Origin: Pirellulales bacterium
Lineage (GTDB): Bacteria; Planctomycetota; Planctomycetia; Pirellulales; JANQPP01
Assembly (NCBI GenBank): GCA_028289405.1
Contig: JANQPP010000109.1
Location: 5,128-69,127 of the forward strand
Direction: 5' to 3'
DNA length: 64,000 bases
Part shown: piece after piece, positions 11,261-20,420 of the stretch
Numbering within the stretch: position 1 is the stretch's first letter
Layout of the letters: each line of letters starts with the position of its first letter
Notes under the pieces: generated by a model
Told to the model about the DNA's origin: nothing
Database searches by the model: none
What the model saw: only the letters and a program-made list of their open reading frames with translations
Program-made: the position numbers and the translations under genes

Positions 11261-12835
11261 TTAATCACCCTGCATCGGCAGGCGATATACGGCGTAGGTC
11301 TTGTTTTGGAATAAGGGGTAGCCGGGGAGCGGATCGCGGGTTTCCGTAATCACGTATTGAAAACCGTAATGCCGCGCGAGGCGCTGCAGATGTTCGATCG
11401 GAATCTCGCCAGGTGTGTTATACCAGTGTCGAGGCTCGCAAGGCTCGGTTACCCAGAACACGTCTTCCAAACGTTGCCGCCATTCGACCAGGCCAGCGGC
11501 ATCCTGGGGTACATCCTTAGCGGTGACCAATTCGGACCGCTGGGCGTTCCACTTGAAAGTTTGGCACGTACGCGGAGTCAAGAATCGTGCATCGCTCGGT
11601 GTGTTGCCGCGAATCCACAAGCAGGCTTCACGCCAATCCGGATAGTTCGCGACTTTGCCCGGTTTGTCGGCCCGAGGGCGTGCTTCGAAGGGCCGGGTGA
11701 CACAATCCGCCAGATGAAACGTGGCGAAACCGAACAGCAGGGTTAAACCCATGAGGTGCCGCCACTCAGCCGAGCCGCGCACGGGAACAAAGAGACTCAC
11801 GCCGGCGAGGGAAACCCCCAGCGGTATGCAGGCGTCCGAAAGCCGGAACCAATAATAACGTAACGTGGCGTGGGCCATCTCTGGAAAGGGCTGCGTGGCG
11901 AAGGTGAGCAATACACCGCAAAAGGTGATCGCGAGCACGCCGTATACGTACGCTACGAGCCGACGCTCCCTCGCCTGCTGTCGAAAATACAAGGGAATGC
12001 TCAAAATCACCCACACCGCCACGAGACAGAAATGGCGCGTCACGAAATCCGGACGAAAGGCGGTCAAATCCAGGTGGTGGTCCACACGTGCAAAATAAAT
12101 TTGGTTCGCGAGCCGCAAGGTTTCCGCGTCGAGGCCTTGATTCAGCGCCAGAGTGGGCCAAAGGCCCGGCAAGGCGAGAGCCACGCTGATGGCCAGGCCC
12201 GTCGCGAAGGATTTGACATCCGGGCGAAAACGTCCCGCGAACATCCAGGCCAGGCCCAAGGCCACAAGGTTCCAGCCACCGGCCAGCACGTGCAGCGCGG
12301 TTCCCAGTCCTAGCCAGATCCCCCAGCGGACCGGGCGACCTTCCAGCCAATCAGCCAGTGCGAAGAAGACGAGTGCGTAAGCCAGCCCTTTGGACTCGAA
12401 TCCTCCAATGACCCATTCGCCCGCCATGTGATAGCGCTCGGTAAGCGCGGCATAAATGATGGCCGATAGGAGCGCCGCTCCCCACCTCGGCACGAGTACT
12501 TGGCATAGCCGGCGCCAGCTCCAGGCCAGCAGAAACCACGTGACCAAGCGCCCCGTCCAGGCCATGGCAGGCAGCGACAAGAATTTGGCCCACCAGCCAC
12601 AAAGCCAAAAAAATACCAAGTGGGCGTCCCGCGATTCCAGAAACGCGTCTCCAGCCAGCCATTCCGGCTCCCAGGTATGTTTCGCTTTGCATAGATAATA
12701 CGGCTCATTCGGATCGGGAACGGGCCAGCCGGCATGTAAAAAGAACACCAACAGGATGAGCCCCGTTTCCAGCCAGACCCAAGCCAAGCTGGAGCGGCCT
12801 TCCTCATCGTTCTCCATGAGCGATGTCTCGTGCAT
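11261..12835 (-). CDS. Polytopic membrane protein, function unknown (possibly a GT-C-like glycosyltransferase fold)
   Basis: Long ORF with more than 10 hydrophobic segments and a soluble C-terminal ~150 aa. No diagnostic motif recognised. Start chosen at the ATG at 12835. Confidence 0.5.
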   Translation of the reverse strand: MHETSLMENDEEGRSSLAWVWLETGLILLVFFLHAGWPVPDPNEPYYLCKAKHTWEPEWLAGDAFLESRDAHLVFFWLCGWWAKFLSLPAMAWTGRLVTWFLLAWSWRRLCQVLVPRWGAALLSAIIYAALTERYHMAGEWVIGGFESKGLAYALVFFALADWLEGRPVRWGIWLGLGTALHVLAGGWNLVALGLAWMFAGRFRPDVKSFATGLAISVALALPGLWPTLALNQGLDAETLRLANQIYFARVDHHLDLTAFRPDFVTRHFCLVAVWVILSIPLYFRQQARERRLVAYVYGVLAITFCGVLLTFATQPFPEMAHATLRYYWFRLSDACIPLGVSLAGVSLFVPVRGSAEWRHLMGLTLLFGFATFHLADCVTRPFEARPRADKPGKVANYPDWREACLWIRGNTPSDARFLTPRTCQTFKWNAQRSELVTAKDVPQDAAGLVEWRQRLEDVFWVTEPCEPRHWYNTPGEIPIEHLQRLARHYGFQYVITETRDPLPGYPLFQNKTYAVYRLPMQGD

Positions 12836-12922
12836 GGATTCGCTCACGCAGTTTCCCGGAATCCTCAAACCACACGTTTCGGTGGTTGAAAAAGTGGTCT
12901 TAGCCACGCCGTGTATCAAGCC

Positions 12923-14812
12923 TCACGGACGCGAGTTTTCGAGAATGGGAAGTGCATGTTGAACCGTGCGGACAACGTAGTTGTTGCTATCGTGCAGCAC
13001 GCCTCGCAGGGCATCCTCGGCAGCGGCGGCCGTGGCATCCATACGGTCCAGCGCCAGGGCAGCGCTATGCCGAATCCAGGGATTCTCGTGCTCAAGAAGT
13101 TGGCACAGCTTAGGGATGGCGAGGTCAGGATGTCTCAGGCGGGCCAGGGCTTCGGCACTAGCCACCTGCACGCTAGCATTGGCATCTTCCAAATGTTGTT
13201 TTAAAGCGGTGACAACTTCCTGCCGCGCGTCTTGGCTCACTCCCAGACCGATGGCCGCCCAAACACGGACCGCGCTGTCGGCATCTCTCATGAGGCGCAA
13301 CTGTTGGGCAACGGCGCCCGGTCCTTGCCCCACCAGCACGGCGGATTGGAAGATTTTTTCTTGAGGATAGGCCGCGTCTCCTGCGTGCAGGACATCATAG
13401 GGTGCTTTGCCCTTGGCCCTCTCCAGAATCTCCGCTTCCGGCAGGAACGCCAAATCCATGGTCCGCTCGCGCCACGCATGATGCGCTTCCCGCAGCCGAT
13501 ACAGCACATCCTGATAGTTCGGGTGATCCGCCAGATTGTGAACTTCGTGGGGATCGGTTTTCGTGTCGTATAGTTCTTCCCGAGGTTTGGTCGGCTGCAT
13601 GAACTGCCCAGCCGTGCCTAACAGATGCCCTTCCCCGGCCAGGCGGCGGAGTTCTTGCGTGGTCGGCATCTCGTTCATGTACGCGATCGGTTGCGCGTAC
13701 GGCAAGTGTGGCATGTAGTTGCGGATGTACTTGTACCGCTGATCGCGAACCGCGCGGGTCATATCGGTCCGCTCGTCCATGCGGTCCCGCGCGGCGAAGA
13801 TGTAGTCGCGAGGCTCCGCTTCAAATTCGCCCAAAAAGGGGAGACCCTGTATGTGCTCTGGTATTTCCACACCGGCCAAACTGAGCACGGTCGGACCAAA
13901 ATCGACGAAGCTGACCAGCCGGTCCAACATCGAGCTAGGAGCAGCAGGCGCCCAGTCATGGTATTTCTCGGGAAACCGAATGATCAGCGGGATGTGAATC
14001 CCCGAGTCATAAACCCAGCGTTTGCCTCGGGGCAGCCCCACACCATGATCGGAGTAAAAAAAAACAATCGTGTCGTCGGCCAGTCCATCCTGTTCCAACT
14101 CTTCCAGCAGGTCTGCCACCCAATAATCCAAGCCGCTAATCAGGTCGTGATAGCGGGCCCAATCACGGCGGACGGCGGGTGTGTCGGGATGGTATGGCGG
14201 CACGCGCACATCGTCCGGAGAATGTCGCTGATCCTCGGTCAATCGGGACGTGGCTGCTTGAAAGCTTTCCTCGCCTTGCCGAATGCGGCTTTCATGCGTT
14301 CCCGTGAAATTGAAGACGGCGAAAAATGGCTGGTCCGCCGGGCGGTTGCGCCAGTGGGCGTCGCGGCTCGATTCGTCCCAGGTCTCCGGCGGCTTTTCGA
14401 AGTTGTAATCTTCCTTCGAATTGTTCGTGCAATAATACCCGGCCCGGCGGAGGTACTCGGGAAAACCACGCACGTAATCGGGCAACGTCACGCGGCACCG
14501 CATGTGCTGACTTCCCAGAGATGTGGGATACATGCCTGTGATGATGCATGACCGGCTGGGGGCGCAAACTCCCGCTACGCTGTAGGCGTGGCGATACAGC
14601 ACGCTCTGTTCCGCGAAGCGGTCCAAGTGGGGCGTCTTGGCGAGTGGATCACCATAACACCCTAAATTCGCGCTCATGTCCTCGCACGTAATCCACAAAA
14701 TGTTGGGACGATCCTCGGCGGCCACAATCAAGGCAGGCAGGAGGCCAAGCGACAGGAAAAGGAAGCGAAAGAAGCACGAAATCCACGTTCCGTCAGCGGA
14801 AGAAAAATACAT
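12923..14812 (-). CDS. Arylsulfatase-family enzyme with C-terminal HEAT-like repeats
   Basis: Signal peptide, NILWITCEDM, formylglycine motif CAPSRSCIITG, and DHG/GKRW motifs. The last ~150 aa form HEAT/PBS-lyase-like repeats (AVRVWAAIGLG, ASVQVASAEALARL, PWIRHSAALALDRM). Confidence 0.9.
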   Translation of the reverse strand: MYFSSADGTWISCFFRFLFLSLGLLPALIVAAEDRPNILWITCEDMSANLGCYGDPLAKTPHLDRFAEQSVLYRHAYSVAGVCAPSRSCIITGMYPTSLGSQHMRCRVTLPDYVRGFPEYLRRAGYYCTNNSKEDYNFEKPPETWDESSRDAHWRNRPADQPFFAVFNFTGTHESRIRQGEESFQAATSRLTEDQRHSPDDVRVPPYHPDTPAVRRDWARYHDLISGLDYWVADLLEELEQDGLADDTIVFFYSDHGVGLPRGKRWVYDSGIHIPLIIRFPEKYHDWAPAAPSSMLDRLVSFVDFGPTVLSLAGVEIPEHIQGLPFLGEFEAEPRDYIFAARDRMDERTDMTRAVRDQRYKYIRNYMPHLPYAQPIAYMNEMPTTQELRRLAGEGHLLGTAGQFMQPTKPREELYDTKTDPHEVHNLADHPNYQDVLYRLREAHHAWRERTMDLAFLPEAEILERAKGKAPYDVLHAGDAAYPQEKIFQSAVLVGQGPGAVAQQLRLMRDADSAVRVWAAIGLGVSQDARQEVVTALKQHLEDANASVQVASAEALARLRHPDLAIPKLCQLLEHENPWIRHSAALALDRMDATAAAAEDALRGVLHDSNNYVVRTVQHALPILENSRP

Positions 14813-15025
14813 GTGGTGCGTCTCGTGGCAAGAAGGGATGAAGTGGTGGGAAGCGGCTTCGGCGGTGGGCGACCGCTACTCAGCCTAACCAGCTTGACTT
14901 GTGCTATCGTAGCTTCCCCACAATAGCGCTCGCAACTCTGGGATGTGGTTGAATTGTGGGAGTGGGAAGCGGCACCATTTCGCCAATTGTTGACAAGCCC
15001 GATGGAGCGCTACAGCCCAAGACGA

Positions 15026-16009
15026 TCAAGAAGCGTATCCTCGCGGATGGCGCGAGTGCCAATTCCAAGCGGTACGAACGATGGGTTCGATCTCCGTGTA
15101 GCGGGGTTCCCAGCCGAGTACGCTGCGCGCTCGACTCGCGTCGGCCACGAGTTCGGGCGGATCCCCGGGGCGCCGCTCCGCTTCCACCACGCGGAAGTCG
15201 ACACCACTGACGTGGCGGCAGGCATCGATCACTTCGCGGACGCTATGCCCGTGACCGGTGCCCAAGTTGAGCTGCAACCCTTCCCCTTGCTTCAAGCGAT
15301 CGAGCGCCAAGAGATGCGCGGAGGCCAAGTCGTCCACGTGCACATAATCCCGGATGCAAGTTCCGTCAGGCGTGGGATAATCCGTGCCAAAGATGGCGAT
15401 CCGTTCACGCTGGCCGAGCGCCACCTGAAGCGCGAGCGGAATGAGATGGGTCTCGGGGTCGTGGTCTTCCCCTAAATCTCCGTCGTGGTGGGCTCCGGCA
15501 GCGTTGAAATACCGCAGGGCGGCGAAACCGAAGCCGTAGGCATGAGCGTAATCGCGCAACGCGTGTTCAATTGCCAGCTTTGTGAATCCATAGGGATTGA
15601 TCGGGCTTTGCGGTGTTTCCTCCGGGATGGGCACGGTTTCGGGCACTCCGTAAGTCGCCGTTGTGCTGGAAAAGACGATCTTCGATACTCTGGCGGTCCG
15701 CATCGCCTCCAACAGCGAAAGGCTGCCCACAATGTTGTTGTGGTAATACTTGGCTGGATCTTGGACCGACTCTCCTACATACGCGAAGGCGGCGAAATGC
15801 ATCACCGCCTCGATCTGTTTTTCGCGAAGGATGCCGCTCAGAAGTTCCCGGTTGTGCAGATCGCCTCGGATCAGCCGGCCCACCGGCGCGGCCTGCTCGT
15901 GACCGAACACCAAGTTGTCAAAGACCCAAACACCATGGCCGGCATCGACCAAACATCGGGCAGCATGGCTGCCCACGTATCCGGCTCCACCTACGACAAG
16001 AATGTTCAT
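15026..16009 (-). CDS. galE: UDP-glucose 4-epimerase
   Basis: MNILVVGGAGYVGSH Rossmann start (ATG at 16009), SSTTATYG, YGFTKLAIE (YxxxK), and FNAAGA. Confidence 0.9.
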   Translation of the reverse strand: MNILVVGGAGYVGSHAARCLVDAGHGVWVFDNLVFGHEQAAPVGRLIRGDLHNRELLSGILREKQIEAVMHFAAFAYVGESVQDPAKYYHNNIVGSLSLLEAMRTARVSKIVFSSTTATYGVPETVPIPEETPQSPINPYGFTKLAIEHALRDYAHAYGFGFAALRYFNAAGAHHDGDLGEDHDPETHLIPLALQVALGQRERIAIFGTDYPTPDGTCIRDYVHVDDLASAHLLALDRLKQGEGLQLNLGTGHGHSVREVIDACRHVSGVDFRVVEAERRPGDPPELVADASRARSVLGWEPRYTEIEPIVRTAWNWHSRHPRGYAS

Positions 16010-16306
16010 GGCAATGGATTTTGAAGCAAAATACGAGTGATCAAAATAACGTTGGCCGAGGAAGTCGAAGACCGCGCGGAACATCGCGCCATCTCGGCCT
16101 TGGTAAGCCTAGGGCGCCGAGAGCCGCATGTTTGGAGGGACCTGCAGTGACTCGGAACTTTCGTAAATGGACACGCGTACTATACTTGCAATTCGCCCGC
16201 TTGCATGCGCCGCCGAGAGATGCCCCACGAGTCTGGAATGGGCAAACCAGACTCCGGGGTATCATATGATTTGCCGACCTTCATGCATCACTTTGTTATA
16301 TCCGTC

Positions 16307-18523
16307 ATGAGCCGAACCGAGATTCGGCATCGGATTCCCGATTCGCGGATCAACACACTGGTTTTTTGCTGCCTCGCCCTCTTCGGCATGGGCGGTTCGA
16401 CGGTCGCCTTCGCCGGAGGGGGGTCGGAGAATCTTTTTTTGGTGGTCAACCCGCGCAGTTGGGCTTCCATGACCGTGGCCAACCACTATTCGGATTGGCG
16501 CCAAATTCCACCGTCGCACGTGTTTTATTTGGATTGGAATTCCTGGACCGATACCGTCAGCCTCCCCACATTTCGTGAGCGGATTCTGCAGCCGATCTTC
16601 GAAGAAATCCGCGACCGGGGTCTGGAACAGCGGATCGACTACGTCGTCTATTCGTGTGACTTTCCTTTTCGCGTCGACTTGGCCGGGGAATATCCGGAAC
16701 TTTCCCGCCTTCCCGCCGTGGGGCGCTACGCTTCTTTGAATGGCCTTACCTATCTCCACGAGTTGGTGATGCGCGGGGATCCCGGCTTCGTCAGCCCGAG
16801 TGCCAATCGATACAGCCGTTTGCCCTATCGTCCGGAAAGTCCGATTGAGTCGCGACATTTTCGCCAGTGGTACGGCTGGAATCGATCTGGCGAGCGCCTG
16901 GAATTGGGCGGAACGCGATACATGCTTTCCACGATGTTGGGCGTCACGCATGGCCGGGGCAACTCGGTAAAGGAGATCTTGCGGTACCTGGGCGGCGGCG
17001 TCACCGCCGATGGTACGCCTGCCGAGGGCACCATGTACTATGTCACCAACCGAGATATTCGCACACGCCGACGGCGCTGGCCACGAGGTAGCCAAACGGA
17101 TCAATTTCGGGCCGCCGTGGCGGACTTGCAGGCTGCCGGCGTTTCCTCCGAGATCGTCAAAGGGACGACGCCGCGCAACGCCCCGCGTGTGGCGGGAGCC
17201 ATGCTGGGGACGCCTCGCTTCGATTGGGAGTATGCCAATAGCCGCATTATCCCGGGCGCGATTTGCGAGAATTTCACTAGTTTCGGCGGCGACCTTTCAG
17301 AGTCTCCCGCTTCGGCAGGCCAGACGCCGCTCTCTGAGTTCTTACGGTATGGCGCTGCCGGTTCGAGCGGCACCGTGGAGGAGCCTTTGGATTTTCAATC
17401 CAAATTCCCCTTGGCAAGCCTCCAAGTTCACTACGCTCGTGGCTATTCGCTGGCCGAGGCGTTTTATCTCTCGGTCCAATCACCGTATCAGTTGCTCATC
17501 GTGGGAGATGCCTTGGCACAACCTTGGGCCGTCATGCCGCAAGTCCACCTCCAAGACATCGAGCCGGGCGATACGGTTTCGGGCAACATCTTCATCACAC
17601 CGGAATCTCCACTTGGTGGTGGTCCGCGGGTGGCGCGTTGGCACCTGTGGATTGATGGCCGGCACGCGGAGGAATGTTTACCTGGCGAGGCGTTTGAGGT
17701 GGACACGCGCCGGCTCGCCGATGGCTACCATGAATTCCGTGTCGTGGGCCATGTAGGCCAGGAGGTGGCCACCCAGGGGCGGATAATTATCCCGTTGGAA
17801 ATTGACAACCATAGCCGCCAAGTCACCTTGGAAGCGGCTAGCGGCTCTCAACTTCGCCATGGTGACGTGCTCAAAATAACCGTCACTTCTCCAGGTGCCG
17901 ACTCGCTGGAATTACGGCAAGGCGCGCGACTTCTCAAACGGACCGCGGGCGGCCAAGCGGAATTCGCCGTTCCCACTTCCTCGCTCGGGCAGGGTCCCGT
18001 CCGGCTGCACGCCGTGGCTCGCCACCGAGGACAGGTGATACCCTGGGCGACCTCGTCTCCTTTGGAATTGGAGATTCTACCGGCCGCGACGTGGCCCATC
18101 TTCGGCAGCGGACCGGGGGGTCTGAAACCAGGTATTCAGTTAACCCTCGGCTCCCGTCCGATTTCGGTGAAGGAAACGATCCGGCCCGATTGGTTCGCCG
18201 AAGCGGGCGCAATTCCCAGTCAAGATTTCTCGATATTGGGATATTTCGAAGTGCCGGAAGCGGACACTTATCAGTTTCACGTCGTCTTTTCAGGTGACCT
18301 TGCGGTTCATGTGGATGGTCGGGAAATTTATCGGGTTCGTGATCGCCGCTTCGAAACCGCCTTTTTGCCGGTCCCGTTGGGAGAAGGGACGCACGAATTG
18401 CGGATTCGAGGACGCACGCTCTCTAACGGCTTCGGTAGTCCAGATCGTCCTCCCCTCTTGCATGTCGGTTTCGGCGGGGCCGGCGTTCGCGCCATCGGTG
18501 CTCCCGTCTTTTCGCATCCTTAG
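16307..18523 (+). CDS. Secreted hypothetical protein; TIGR03790-like N-terminal region and PA14-like C-terminal domain (tentative)
   Basis: Signal-anchor start MSRTEIRH...LVFCCLALFGMGG. The segment NLFLVVNPRSWASMTVANHYSDWRQIP resembles TIGR03790-type proteins (from memory). The C-terminal GYFEVPEADTYQFHVVFSGDLAVHVDGREIY is PA14-like. Confidence 0.5.
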   Translation: MSRTEIRHRIPDSRINTLVFCCLALFGMGGSTVAFAGGGSENLFLVVNPRSWASMTVANHYSDWRQIPPSHVFYLDWNSWTDTVSLPTFRERILQPIFEEIRDRGLEQRIDYVVYSCDFPFRVDLAGEYPELSRLPAVGRYASLNGLTYLHELVMRGDPGFVSPSANRYSRLPYRPESPIESRHFRQWYGWNRSGERLELGGTRYMLSTMLGVTHGRGNSVKEILRYLGGGVTADGTPAEGTMYYVTNRDIRTRRRRWPRGSQTDQFRAAVADLQAAGVSSEIVKGTTPRNAPRVAGAMLGTPRFDWEYANSRIIPGAICENFTSFGGDLSESPASAGQTPLSEFLRYGAAGSSGTVEEPLDFQSKFPLASLQVHYARGYSLAEAFYLSVQSPYQLLIVGDALAQPWAVMPQVHLQDIEPGDTVSGNIFITPESPLGGGPRVARWHLWIDGRHAEECLPGEAFEVDTRRLADGYHEFRVVGHVGQEVATQGRIIIPLEIDNHSRQVTLEAASGSQLRHGDVLKITVTSPGADSLELRQGARLLKRTAGGQAEFAVPTSSLGQGPVRLHAVARHRGQVIPWATSSPLELEILPAATWPIFGSGPGGLKPGIQLTLGSRPISVKETIRPDWFAEAGAIPSQDFSILGYFEVPEADTYQFHVVFSGDLAVHVDGREIYRVRDRRFETAFLPVPLGEGTHELRIRGRTLSNGFGSPDRPPLLHVGFGGAGVRAIGAPVFSHP

Positions 18524-18657
18524 GTTTGCGGGCTTGCAACAGATCGACCAGTTCACGGTAGCAGTACGTTGAATCGCCGCGGGTAGGCAATGGCGAATAT
18601 TGACGCATATCGGGCTCCGGGCTAGGCTTTTATTGTAGATTTCTTACGGAGGATCGG

Positions 18658-18906
18658 ATGGCCAACTCGCTCAATCTTTCGCTTACCGATGAATTGCGGG
18701 CCTACGTCGACCAAAACTCCGGCGATGGCACGCTTTATTCAACTCCTAGCGAGTTTGTTCGCGACATACTTCGCCGTCACAAGGCTCAGCAAGAAATGGC
18801 CGCGGTAAGGGACAGTATCTTAGAAGGGTATCAAGACGCGATCGCCGGGAGAACGGTACCATTTAACGGCGATCTCAAAGGATTGATCAAAGAAGCCGGC
18901 AAGTGA
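18658..18906 (+). CDS. parD: ParD-family (ribbon-helix-helix) antitoxin
   Basis: 82 aa. MANSLNLSLTDELRAYVDQ...YSTPSEFVRDILRRH matches the ParD/COG3609 pattern. GGAGGA RBS upstream. Confidence 0.75.
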   Translation: MANSLNLSLTDELRAYVDQNSGDGTLYSTPSEFVRDILRRHKAQQEMAAVRDSILEGYQDAIAGRTVPFNGDLKGLIKEAGK

Positions 18907-19283
18907 GTCCCAGAAAAGCCCAGCCGAAGTTGCTCCTCACGCACCGTGCCCTACGTGACCTTGCCGAGATCGAAAGCTACTCAGTGCAAGAGTGGGGCAG
19001 GCGCGCGGCCAACAAATACCCGGCGGACATCGAAGCAGCTCTCGGGAGGTTAGAACAAGCTACAGATCTCCTGCGACCGGAACTGGGCGGCCATTCCAAG
19101 CTTTGCTTCTACCGCGTCAACAAGCACCTACTGGCGTGCGACAAGGATACCAAAGCAATTATCGTGCTTACGGTAATTCACGCGAGCCGCGACATCCCGA
19201 GCCGCCTGGCGGAACTAGAACCAAGCCTCAGTGCGGAGGTGGAACTACTGCGAAAACAACTCGACCACGGTAAGAGTCGCTAG
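18903..19283 (+). CDS. parE: ParE/RelE-family toxin
   Basis: 126 aa. GTG start overlaps the parD stop (GTGA). LLLTHRALRDLAEIESY...KLCFYRV...IIVLTVIHASRD fits the ParE pattern. Confidence 0.7.
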   Translation: MSPRKAQPKLLLTHRALRDLAEIESYSVQEWGRRAANKYPADIEAALGRLEQATDLLRPELGGHSKLCFYRVNKHLLACDKDTKAIIVLTVIHASRDIPSRLAELEPSLSAEVELLRKQLDHGKSR

Positions 19284-19373
19284 CACGCGTTTGTGTTTCT
19301 TGTAGCGGTGTTTCGGACGTTTCGAGGCATACAATTCCGGCAAGACAAACGCTCCACGTTCGTGCGCCTCGCA

Positions 19374-20108
19374 CTATCCGCTCGACACCGGCGATTGAGT
19401 CACGTCGAACAAGTTCCAATCGCCACGTCCAGAGCGATCAAAGGGCTTCTTGCGACGAATGGAAAGCCGAATGTACGTCACCTTTTCTTTGCCGTCTTCT
19501 GTATACCGCATGACGTACTCGTCCCCGATTTGGTCCATCCGATTATCGGAATGAAGAACGACGTTCTGATGATATTGGATCTCCGCGTCTTCGCTGGCAT
19601 TCAGGAGCAGTTGGATCACGTCGCGGCGTGACCAGTTTTGCATGGCCTGCTCGGATTCAGGATTCTTGGCGTAATATTCGATCAGCGTGTTGTCCAATGG
19701 CTGCCGCATCGCCTCGGAGAAGGTCAACTGATGGGCTTTCATGAGATCTCCGGCCAAGATGTAGTCAAACCATTCACGGCCAAATTCCCGAGCCATGCCG
19801 CGCACGAAGTAACGGTAAGAGAGATCCTGAACCGGCCCCGCCACACCGAATAACAGCGACAACATCAACCCGGCGATGGCGATTCCTCGGCCTGACACGG
19901 CTTCTTCAGCGCGGGAAATCTGCAGCAAGGCAGCCAGGCTGGCCACGACACCGAAAACCGGAATGCTCCAAAACACTGGGGAACTCAGCGCCACGGGGGA
20001 CAAAACGCCCGAGACAAGCCCCACCACGGCCCACGTACAGAGAGGCCTATAACCTGGGAGCTCGGCATCTTCGGCGGCCGGCGCCGCTAGTTCGGGAGAA
20101 CTCGCCAT
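19374..20108 (-). CDS. Membrane protein, unknown function
   Basis: 244 aa with three or four N-terminal hydrophobic helices and then a soluble domain. No motif recognised. Confidence 0.5.
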   Translation of the reverse strand: MASSPELAAPAAEDAELPGYRPLCTWAVVGLVSGVLSPVALSSPVFWSIPVFGVVASLAALLQISRAEEAVSGRGIAIAGLMLSLLFGVAGPVQDLSYRYFVRGMAREFGREWFDYILAGDLMKAHQLTFSEAMRQPLDNTLIEYYAKNPESEQAMQNWSRRDVIQLLLNASEDAEIQYHQNVVLHSDNRMDQIGDEYVMRYTEDGKEKVTYIRLSIRRKKPFDRSGRGDWNLFDVTQSPVSSG

Positions 20109-20420
20109 GGTCTTGCGCGGAGAATGAGTACCAGAAAAAATGGCCTTAGAACTTACGAGGGCTTGAAGGGAGGCGTGAGGCCCTCAGCATTGTTTCGACG
20201 CTAACCCGTCGAGTCGCGCAAGTCAAGCCGCTCGCCGCCCGACGGAACGCCACAAAAATCGAAATTTGACTCCATGGGCGGATTTGTCCTACGGACCCGT
20301 CCAGACGACTGGTTTTCCGGAGCCCATGAGGAAATCTTGTCAACCTTGAAGGAGTCCGCACGAGAATGCATATTGTGTGCGACCGGTGTCGCACGGGAGG
20401 CGAACACGAGGTGACCAACC

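Noticed and set aside
15485-16269. 179-aa and 218-aa plus-strand ORFs opposite galE. Similar antisense ORFs lie opposite the kinase (7114..7695 and 8061..8597) and ftsH (3209..3965).
   Set aside because: They are fully embedded antisense to, or out of frame with, genes with unmistakable motifs. The translations are Arg/Pro/Gly-rich, as expected for spurious high-GC frames.
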